Shown: piece by piece, positions 48,779-64,000 of the stretch
Numbering within the stretch: position 1 is the stretch's first letter
How the letters are laid out: the number at the start of each line of letters is the position of its first letter
Origin: Macrostomum hystrix
Taxonomy: Eukaryota > Animalia > Platyhelminthes
DNA: 64,000 nt
NCBI GenBank assembly: GCA_950097015.1
Contig: CATNEN010000032.1
Location: forward strand, 2,604,001 to 2,668,000
Reading direction: 5' to 3'
Program-made: the position numbers and the translations under genes
Notes under the pieces: generated by a model
Databases searched by the model: none
The model's input: the letters and a program-made list of their open reading frames with translations, nothing else
What the model was told of the DNA's origin: nothing

Positions 48779-49963
48779 GCTTCCAGTTCTGTGTGGCTTG
48801 GAAGCTGGCGCAGTGCTTCCAGTTCTGTGTGGTTATGAAGCTGGAGCAGTGCTTCCAGTTCTGTGTGGTTTGGAAGCTGGCGCAGTGCTTCCAGTTCTGT
48901 GTGGTTTGGAAGCTGGTGCAGTGCTTCCAGTTCTGTGTGGTTTGGAAGCTGGCGCAGTGCTTCCAGTTCTGTGTGGTTTGGAAGCTGGTGCAGTGCTTCC
49001 AGTTCTGTGTGGTTTGGAAGCTGGAGCAGTGCTTCCAGTTCTGTGTGGTTTGGAAGCTGGAGCAGTGCTTCCAGTTCTGTGTGGTTTGGAAGCTGGCGCA
49101 GTGCTTCCAGTTCTGTGTGGTTATGAAGCTGGAGCAGTGCTTCCAGTTCTGTGTGGTTTGGAAGCTGGCGCAGTGCTTCCAGTTCTGTGTGGTTTGGAAG
49201 CTGGTGCAGTGCTTCCAGTTCTGTGTGGTTTGGAAGCTGGCGCAGTGCTTCCAGTTCTGTGTGGTTTGGAAGCTGGTGCAGTGCTTCCAGTTCTGTGTGG
49301 TTTGGAAGCTGGCGCAGTGCTTCCAGTTCTGTGTGGTTATGAAGCTGGAGCAGTGCTTCCAGTTCTGTGTGGTTTGGAAGCTGGCGCAGTGCTTCCAGTT
49401 CTGTGTGGTTTGGAAGCTGGCGCAGTGCTTCCAGTTCTGTGTGGTTTGGAAGCTGGCGCAGTGCTTCCAGTTCTGTGTGGTTTGGAAGCTGGCGCAGTGC
49501 TTCCAGTTCTGTGTGGTTTGGAAGCAGGTGCTGTGCATCCAGTTCTGTGTGGTTTGGAAGCTGGTGCAGTGCTTCCAGTTCTGTGTGGCTTGGAAGCTGG
49601 TGCAGTGCTTCCAGTTCTGTGTGGCTTGGAAGCTGGTGCTGTGCTTCCAGTTCTGTGTAGTTAGGAAGCTGGTGCTGTGCTTCCAGTTCTGTGTAGTTAT
49701 GAAGCTGGTGCTGTGCTTCCAGTTCTGTGTAGTTAGGAAGCTGGTGCTGTGCTTCCAGTTCTGTGTGGTTTGGAAGCTGGTGCAGTGCTTCCAGTTCTGT
49801 GTGGCTTGGAAGCTGGTGCAGTGCTTCCAGTTCTGTGTGGTTTGGAAGCTGGTGCAGTGCTTCCAGTTCTGTGTGGTTTGGAAGCTGGTGCTGTGCTTCC
49901 AGTTCAGTGTAGTTATGAAGCTGGAGCAGTGCTTCCAGTTCTGTGTAGTTAGGAAGCTGGTGC
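48779..49963. repeat. 36-bp minisatellite (GCTTCCAGTTCTGTGTGGTTTGGAAGCTGGCGCAGT), ~33 copies, internal GCTTCCA/TGGAAGC stem
   Basis: Direct reading; head-to-tail with no spacers. Confidence 0.95.
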
Positions 49964-50905
49964 ATTGTTTCGGATTTTTTAGTGTTAAGTTTTATTTTCA
50001 AATGACAATTGATAAAGCTAGGTATAAAAATGACAAAAAACTCGTCCTTTCAATTTTATTTACCGCGCACACAGCCGAATAATCTGTGTAATAACGTTTT
50101 AATCGAATCAATAGAGAAATCGATATATTAATTTTCTAATAAATACTGTAGTTTGATAGATTGATATGATAGAACGAGCCGACGCTTCTCGTTCGTTATC
50201 AATAAAGACGGATATTTTTATCGGAACAGCAGAATACCAGTCCATGCATGTAAATATAGATAGATTTTCAGATAAAACTGGGTGGCTTGGTTGATTCAAG
50301 TAACAACTTGATTAGACAAGATACGATATTTTAGACAACATGAAAGAGTACACCAATGCGGACAGCGTGTCGCATAAAATGTTATTGTTCGACGATTTGA
50401 CCAAACAGGAAAGAGAATAACAGAACAATATACTGACAACATGCTCGCATGATGCTACTGAAAAATCGGAGTCGTCAGTAGTGCAGGGTGCTTGTGTCCT
50501 TCTGCCCAGTAACAGGAGATAAATATCGGACACATAAATAAGCAGCCTTCAGAGTTTATAAAAAAGTGCAATAAAATATGTAACTTTCATCAGAATGATA
50601 GCAAGATAATGAGAATTGTCGATTCTAATACTCTTACCTCAGTAGAAGGAAATCTTAGTACATAATGTGTGTTTTTCTATATGGAAAACAGAACGACAAA
50701 TAATTCTAATCGATCTAGGCGTAATGAGGTACAGTAAATACAATTCGTATATCAGAGACTGAGAGAGCAAACAAGACAAGACGGCCTGGAAATAAAAAAA
50801 ACAATAGCTAGCTTGGGCTTCAGCATAGTATCGCGATAGATTTTTAGAGCCGTTTTTATGCGTCAAAGATTAGCCATGTAAAAACTGGTTAGGGGGGCAC
50901 TGGAC

Positions 50906-56012
<5,107 letters not shown>

Positions 56013-57530
56013 GTTACTAAGTTCACAGTACGACACTGTACAAAATTGCGTAAAAAAGTAAATTCTTTATACTACCTACCAACTAAAAATACACTTTAAA
56101 AAGCACATAAGCTGCGAATAAGTAAAATTAAAATTAATAGTTGTTCATTCCTCACTCACAAGGGTTATGCGAAAAAAACTAATGTGACGTTTAAATTTGC
56201 ATCATTTCTGTGTAAAAAAACAAACCACTCAGCGATTAGAATCGAAAGGAGCAGTATGCACGTTTTAATGTTTAAATGAAGACTAAATAAAGTTTTAATC
56301 AACTTATCAGCATGATTTTTAATTTTTTCTATTTTTTACCTAAGAAAACAGTTGACAACAAAAGCGTCCAGAGCCAAAGCGTGCAGAGATAAAATTGTGA
56401 GTAAATATTAACTAGATGCTGATGCAAGCTATATTATGATTTACAAAATCCATGAAATTTCAGAAGGAATCGTTTAGTTCATTTATTCACGTTATTGACT
56501 GCCAAATTTACATGACAATTGTTTTTGTTTGAGTGGATTTGTAATGGTCCAGAGCCAAAATCTTAGATATTTACTATAAATCTGTAATTCAAGCTCCCTA
56601 GAATAATGCTACCGAAAATAATTTAGATCCCAAATTCAAGTTCGAAAACCGGAATCATTGTGTTGCCGATAAAACGAAAAACGATGCGCAATTTAAAAAT
56701 AATTCACAAAGGATCTGCAGGATATAAAAAGATATGCCACGTGCAGAATTATTAGGTGTAAAAATCTGCGCTTCAGCACGAATCAGGACTTATTTGTTCA
56801 GTTCAAAGAGTTCAAAATAGTCCATCGATCAATAAATTAATTAATGTCAAGTTCAATCGAGAAATCAAACTTAAAAGTATCGGTCTATTGTTTTGCTGAA
56901 TAATTCTGTCTAGCATAATAGTTCTAAGGAATGGATGATTTTTACTAAATTGAATATATCCCAAAGCATTTCTGTAACTCTGCCATTCGGTTTGAACCGT
57001 GACCATGCATAATAATTTGATTTGAAAATGATATTGCATATAAGCTGGCTGGGACTATAAGGTGGAGAATTGTGAATCGCCAACAACAATTCTGCTTTCA
57101 TACTCGTGATAGACTTTTTATCGCTAAAATCGATTGTGTTAATAGAATGGAATCCGTTAATAGCAAAATTTCATCAAGTTTAAGCAGCTTCCCAGTTTTT
57201 CCTTTAGAGTATTTTCTTACCCGATATCTTGCGATCATGGGAACCAATCAGTTGTCTGCAACCGAATCCACACAGCATCCAATGACGAAGCGCTTATCAA
57301 TATCTTACCAAAGGACCAATTCATCAATGACTGGAGGCCTGTTATGGTCTGAGCGCGGACCTTCTCTAATCCCTAAACACCAGCTTCCATTTCATCCAAG
57401 TTTTAGTCAAAGAAAAATTTCTGCTTTTTAATGATTTCAGTGGCAACAACTTAGTACACGACCGAGGTACGTTAGTACTCTTGGGTTTGTATTTATTTGC
57501 ATTTGGTAAATGCGCATTTTTAATTATATA

Positions 57531-59590
57531 GTCAAGTAATGACCGTTCTAATGTATCCCAGTCAAGTAATGACCGTTCTAATGTATCCCAGTCAAGTAAT
57601 GACCAATCTTAAATATCCCAGTCAAGTAATGACCAATCTTAAATATCCCAGTCAAGTAATGACCAATCTTAAATATCCCAGTCAAGTAATGACCAATCTT
57701 AAATATCCCAGTCAAGTAATGACCAATCTTAAATATCCCAGTCAAGTAATGACCAATCTTAAATATCCCAGTCAAGTAATGACCAATCTTAAATATCCCA
57801 GTCTAGTAATGACCAATCTTAAATATCTCAGTCAAGTAATGACCAATCTTAAATATCCCAGTCAAGTAATGACCAATCTTAAATATCTCAGTCAAGTAAT
57901 GACCAATCTTAAATATCCCAGTCAAGTAATGACCAATCTTAAATATCTCAGTCAAGTAATGACCAATCTTAAATATCCCAGTCAAGTAATGACCAATCTT
58001 AAATATCCCAGTCAAGCGCAGTGACCAATCTTAAATATCTCAGTCAAGTAATGACCAATCTTAAATATCCCAGTCAAGTAATGACCAATCTTAAATATCC
58101 CAGTCAAGTAATGACCAATCTTAAATATCCCAGTCAAGTAATGACCAATCTTAAATATCCCAGTCTAGTAATGACCAATCTTAAATATCCCAGTCAAGTA
58201 ATGACCAATCTTAAATATCTCAGTCAAGTAATGACCAATCTTAAATATCTCAGTCAAGTAATGACCAATCTTAAATATCTCCGTCAAGTAATGACCAATC
58301 TTAAATATCCCAGTCTAGTAATGACCAATCTTAAATATCTCAGTCAAGTAATGACCAATCTTAAATATCCCAGTCTAGTAATGACCAATCTTAAATATCT
58401 CAGTCAAGTAATGACCAATCTTAAATATCTCAGTCAAGTAATGACCAATCTTAAATATCCCAGTCAAGTAATGACCAATCTTAAATATCCCAGTCAAGTA
58501 ATGACCAATCTTAAATATCCCAGTCAAGTAATGACCAATCTTAAATATCTCAGTCAAGTAATGACCAATCTTAAATATCCCAGTCAAGTAATGACCAATC
58601 TTAAATATCCCAGTCAAGTAATGACCAATCTTAAATATCCCAGTCAAGTAATGACCAATCTTAAATATCCCAGTCAAGTAATGACCAATCTTAAATATCT
58701 CAGTCAAGTAATGACCAATCTTAAATATCTCCGTCAAGTAATGACCAATCTTAAATATCCCAGTCAAGTAATGACCAATCTTAAATATCCCAGTCAAGTA
58801 ATGACCAATCTTAAATATCCCAGTCTAGTAATGACCAATCTTAAATATCTCAGTCAAGTAATGACCAATCTTAAATATCTCAGTCAAGTAATGACCAATC
58901 TTAAATATCTCAGTCAAGTAATGACCAATCTTAAATATCCCAGTCAAGTAATGACCAATCTTAAATATCCCAGTCAAGTAATGACCAATCTTAAATATCC
59001 CAGTCAAGCGCAGTGACCAATCTTAAATATCCCAGTCAAGTAATGACCAATCTTAAATATCCCAGTCAAGTAATGACCAATCTTAAATATCCCAGTCAAG
59101 TAATGACCAATCTTAAATATCCCAGTCAAGTAATGACCAATCTTAAATATCCCAGTCTAGTAATGACCAATCTTAAATATCCCAGTCAAGCGCAGTGACC
59201 AATCTTAAATATCCCAGTCAAGTAATGACCAATCTTAAATATCCCAGTCAAGTAATGACCAATCTTAAATATCCCAGTCAAGTAATGACCAATCTTAAAT
59301 ATCCCAGTCAAGCGCAGTGACCAATCTTAAATATCCCAGTCAAGTAATGACCAATCTTAAATATCCCAGTCAAGTAATGACCAATCTTAAATATCCCAGT
59401 CAAGTAATGACCAATCTTAAATATCCCAGTCAAGTAATGACCAATCTTAAGTATCCCAGTCTAGTAATGACCATTCTTAAATATCTCAGTCAAGTAATGA
59501 CCAATCTTAAATATCCCAGTCAAGTAATGACCAATCTTAAGTATCCCAGTCAAGTAATGACCAATCTTAAGTATCCCAGTCAAGTATTAC
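57531..59590. repeat. 30-bp minisatellite (GTAATGACCAATCTTAAATATCCCAGTCAA), ~68 copies, between divergent ERK and innexin starts
   Basis: Direct reading; variant CAAGCGCAGTGACC units at ~58015, 59007, 59188 and 59311. Confidence 0.95.
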
Positions 59591-59653
59591 CAGTTTTAAA
59601 GTCTGACATAAGAGTTTTTGACTTCTAAACAACCCATCTCCCCCTGCTCAGCA

Positions 59654-62600
59654 ATGAATTTCGACTTGCTGCTCAAAGCCAACCAGTTCCGTGTCAGCAT
59701 TGGTCATCACGCATCAGCTGAAGACTTCATCGACGTTCTAAATTACTTAATCACTCCCGCTATACTCATCCTATTGGCCAGCATCTCAGCTTCCAGGCAG
59801 TACCTGTTCACTCCGATTCAATGCTGGAGCCTGCTGGAACTCGACTCGCAACGCATGGAGTACATTGAGAACCTGTGCTGGGTGGACAATATGTACTTTT
59901 GGCCCTTGGACGAGACCCTGCCGAAGGGCAACGAGAAACAACGAGAAGAGAGGACAATATGTAAGCCTCTAAGCCTGTGATTATGAGCTAGATTTCATTC
60001 CGCTGACTCCTGAGAACACAGCTGTGTACACCTGCCCTGACTTTCTCATCGTCAGGCAGTGCAAACTTTTACTGTGCCTTGGAGGTTGGCCCTTAAGGTC
60101 GTAAATTGCACGACAAGCCCCCAAGCCTTCTCTCCGCGGCTGCGCCCCAAATTGACCTCGCCGCAGAATCGAGCTCAGTGACCTTGGTGCGAGAGGCAAA
60201 CGCGTTAAACGCTCTGCCACTAACCCCCATTATTCCAAGCATAGTCTATGGTCTTTCATATAGAAGAATTTTTGCCTCTCGAACGCCACTGCCAAAATAG
60301 TTTGCTATCTCAAAACGACAAAAAGTTTTAACTAAATAACTCGGCCCTTCTTATTCAGTGTAGCATCGGCCTCGTCAAATACGAGAGTTCTGCGACCAAA
60401 GTTTCTGTCTTCTGTGATCAAAGAATTATGCAATAGTCTTAGAAATGTAAGGAGGTTTGGTATATATGATAAAAGCAATTTGATTATGCCTGCTAGCGGG
60501 CTAACGTAATAATGTCTGTGCTTGAAGTCGAGTTGTATACGTTTATAGACGCCAGTGCAAATGCGCATAATACCATTACAAGTAACTAATTACCAATAAA
60601 CATAGGAGCTTTGTGTAGTTCGGTAAAACAAAAAATAGCGCAAAATGAGGATAAGTAAATAGAAGTTTGCACACAATGCTAATGAAAAATATGCCTTTGT
60701 TTCTACACAAACCTTGTAACCATGCACGCCAGATCATTCCATTGAGTCACACCTGGTCATCCAGATAGTCCACATGGTCATCCAGATTGAGTCACACCTG
60801 GTCATCCAGATTGAGTCACACCTGGTCATCCAGATTGAGTCACACCTGGTCATCCAGATTGAGTCACACCTGGTCATCCAGATTGAGTCACACCTGGTCA
60901 TCCAGATTGAGTCACACCTGGTCATCCAGATTGAGTCACACCTGGTCATTCAATTGAGTCACACTTGGTCACCAGATTGAGTCACACCTGGTCATCCAGA
61001 TTGAGTCACACCTGGTCATCCAGATTGAGTCACACCTGGTCATCCAGATTGAGTCACACCTGGTCATCCAGAGAGTCCACATGGTCATCCAGATTGAGTC
61101 ACACCTGGTCATCCAGATTGAGTCACACCTGGTCATCCAGATTGAGTCACACCTGATCATCCAGATTGAGTCATACCTGGTCATCCAGATTGAGTCACAC
61201 CTGGTCATCCAGATTGAGTCACACCTGGTCATCCAGATTGAGTCACACCTGGTCATTCAATTGAGTCACACCTGGTCATCCAGATTGAGTCACACCTGGT
61301 CATTCAATTGAGTCACACCTGGTCATCCAGATTGAGTCACACCTGGTCATCCAGATTGAGTCACACCTGGTCATCCAGATTGAGTCACACCTGGTCATCC
61401 AGATTGAGTCACACCTGGTCATCCAGATTGAGTCACACCTGGTCATCCAGATTATCCAATACACGACATTCCATGACGACTCCGCACTCCAAATGTTGCA
61501 GACTACTACCAATGGGTGCCGTTCGTGCTCACACTGCAGGCAATGATGTTCTACCTGCCCAGGCTGTGCTGGCTCAGCCTCAGCGATCGCATTGGAGCAG
61601 CCAGCCTGGCAGACACAATGCGGTTCTCATTGGCTGCTGCCACCAGTCTGGATCAGGACAGGCGGCAGAGACTAATAGCCTATTTGGCTGAGCACATTCA
61701 CAAGCTGATGCGCCATGCTCAGCCACCAAAGACGGCTCATCGCTACGACCGGTGGCTGCCGTGTTGCCTGCTGTCTAGGAGGACCGGATTCGCATTGGTG
61801 TCCGCTTACCTGCTGATTAAGCTGCTCTATGTCAGCGTGGCGCTGCTGCAGCTGGCACTGATGCAGCGGCTGCTTGGCCTGAGCGAGTCCAGTTACTGGG
61901 GCGCTGGCCTTCTGCTCAGCCTGCTCACAGGGAGAACCTGGGAAACCAGCGGCATCTTTCCCAGGGTTGCCAGGTGGGAAATTGAGACTGTCAGGCTGTC
62001 AGTGTTGCAGTGTGGCTGACAAGCCTTCAAAAAGACTCTTGTAGTTGGACAGGGAAAGGCGATTGTGGTAATCATACGAGTATTAATAATAATTGCAGGG
62101 AGGTTGCGGGCAATGGCACATCATTTGGTGACACTATAGACCAGCAGCCAGCGAGGAGGCAATTCTGCCGATTTCGCTGAGTCCTAAGCACACACACACA
62201 CAGGTGTGTACATCTGCCCTGACATTCTCATCTACAGGCACTGTACACTCTCACTGTGCCTTGGAGGTTGGCCCTCAAGGGCGTGACAAGCCTCCAAGCC
62301 TTCTCTCGGCGGATGCGCCCAAAATGAATGTGGCCTCGACGCGGAATCGAGCTCAGGGACCTTGGTGCGAGAGGCAAACGCGATAACCACTCGCACGATT
62401 CATAATTATACTTCTGTTTGCCTGCAGATGAAGATAAGAAATTAACTCCGGTGATGCTTCGAGAGTAGTATAAAATAATAATTCGGTGGGTGGTCCGCGT
62501 TCCCCTGCCTAACACAGGTGTGATTTCTACGCCGATCTAGTTGGCAGCCAGACCAAATTCACCGTCCAATGCGTCCTGCCCAACAATATGCTGAATGAGA

Positions 62601-63097
62601 AGATGTACATCTTCCTCTGGTTCTGGGTGTGCGCCTTGGCCTTGCTAACCTCTGTGTCCTGCCTCAGCTGGGCGATTTCGTCGCTTCTGCCATCGTCGCG
62701 CCGCGCCCTGTTGAAGAAGTACCTTCGAGTTGGTGGCGCGCCGCCTCAGCCGGGCGACAAGTCCGCGGCCCGGCGATTCCTGCGCGGCTTCCTTCGTCAG
62801 GACGGAGTCTTCCTGCTGCGCATGATCGGCCGCTGCGCCGGCGACCTGCTGGCAGCCGACGTCACTCGCGAAGTCTGCCGTCGGTATCGGGACAGTCAGG
62901 TTTTAGCGGCGCAGGCCTGGGAGCACTTGACGATGCCTATGACGACGGCTGCGTCGGCGGCAGCTCCGCTGACTAGCGCGACGCTGAAGCTGGCGCAGCG
63001 AAGGCTGTCTGCTGGTCGAGCCGGTCATGGCAGCAGCGGGGATGCGGCTTGTGGAGGCGACTGCGAGTTAGACGATGAAGAAACCACCTACGTGTGA
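59654..63097 (+). CDS. inx: Innexin (gap junction protein)
   Basis: Exons 59654-59960, 61502-61973 and 62518-63097 (phases 1, 2). Motifs EDFIDVLNY, PIQCW, YIENLCW, YYQWVPF, FYLPRLCW, GIFPRVARCDF, VQCVLPNNMLNEKMYIFLWFW; four extracellular Cys. Confidence 0.95.
59996..60228 (-). mobile_element. SINE family B, 3'-truncated copy (innexin intron 1)
   Basis: Homologous to 32828-33203, including the GGGGTTAGTGGCAGAGCG head. Confidence 0.8.
60735..61452. repeat. 24-bp minisatellite (CCAGATTGAGTCACACCTGGTCAT), ~30 copies, innexin intron 1
   Basis: Direct reading. Confidence 0.95.
62084..62392 (-). mobile_element. SINE family B copy (innexin intron 2)
   Basis: Homologous to 32828-33203 with a short (TAT)n tail; the extreme 5' end is altered. 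Confidence 0.8.
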
Positions 63098-63139
63098 CCT
63101 GAGCTAAGCTGTATCTTGAGTCCTTGAGAATTCAGTCTA

Positions 63140-64000
63140 GATTATGACCGAATCCTTGAGAAATCGGCCTATAGATTATGACCGAATCCTTGAGAAATCG
63201 GCCTATAGATTATGACCGAATCCTTGAGAAATCGGCCTATAGATTATGACCAAATCCTTGAGAAATCAGCCTATAGATTAAGACCGAATCCTTGAGAAAT
63301 CGGCCTATAGATTATGACTGAATCCTTGAGAAATCAGCCTATAGATTATGACCGAATCCTTGAGAAATCGGCCTATAGATTATGACTGAATCCTTGAGAA
63401 ATCAGCCTATAGATTATGACCGAATCCTTGAGAAATCGGCCTATAGATTATGACCGAATCCTTGAGAAATCGGCCTATAGATTATGACCGAATCCTTGAG
63501 AAATCAGCCTATAGATTATGACCGAATCCTTGAGAAATCAGCCTATAGATTATGACCGAATCCTTGAGAAATCAGCCTATAGATTATGACCGAATCCTTG
63601 AGAAATCAGCCTATAGATTATGACCGAATCCTTGAGAAATCAGCCTATAGATTATGACTGAATCCTTGAGAAATCAGCCTATAGATTATGACCGAATCCT
63701 TGAGAAATCGGCCTATAGATTATGACCGAATCCTTGAGAAATCGGCCTATAGATTATGACCGAATCCTTGAGAAATCAGCCTATAGATTATGACCGAATC
63801 CTTGAGAAATCGGCCTATAGATTATGACCGAATCCTTGAGAAATCAGCCTGTAGATTATGACCGAATCCTTGAGAAATCAGCCTATAGATTATGGCCGAA
63901 TCCTTGAGAAATCAGCCTATAGATTATGACCGAATCCTTGAGAAATCGGCCTATAGATTATGACCGAATCCTTGAGAAATCGGCCTATAGATTATGACCG
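63140..64000. repeat. 34-bp minisatellite (GATTATGACCGAATCCTTGAGAAATCGGCCTATA), ~25 copies, just after the innexin stop; runs off right edge
   Basis: Direct reading. Confidence 0.95.

Noticed and set aside
48779-49963. 36-bp palindromic repeat resembling a CRISPR direct repeat
   Set aside because: Units are head-to-tail with no unique spacers, there are no cas genes, and the context is eukaryotic.
57539-59628. MTNLKYPSQV repeat protein
   Set aside because: The frame is broken by recurring 32-bp variant units and stops; no splice link to the innexin.

Overview
Eukaryotic (animal) genomic DNA. GC-rich spliced exons, minisatellite-filled introns and an innexin gene fit an invertebrate; the style resembles the flatworm Macrostomum (inference, not provable from the window). 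Six protein-coding genes can be modelled by hand. (1) An IQ-motif plus SCHIP1-domain gene (IQCJ-SCHIP1-like; minus strand, 7 phase-compatible exons, 329-12462, running off the left edge). (2) Intronless IFT56/TTC26 (24670-26343 +) with a candidate RFX X-box. (3) A 5-6 exon gene for a ~930-aa DUF4470-like protein (29914-35773 +). (4) A FUBP/PSI 4xKH protein (41157-45706 +). (5) ERK MAP kinase (56012-50906 -, 6 exons). (6) An innexin (59654-63097 +, 3 exons). About one third of the window (~21 kb by my tally) is ~21 minisatellite arrays, mostly one distinct array per intron. Mobile DNA: two tRNA-derived SINE families, a 299-bp solo LTR with 5-bp TSD, a decayed LINE RT fragment, an internally deleted Merlin-like transposon carrying a nested TIR element with 9-bp TSD, and a pair of unclassified elements with shared, covarying ends in ERK introns. 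The very long ORFs in the track are by-products of tandem repeats. No CRISPR arrays, rRNA or true tRNA genes were seen.
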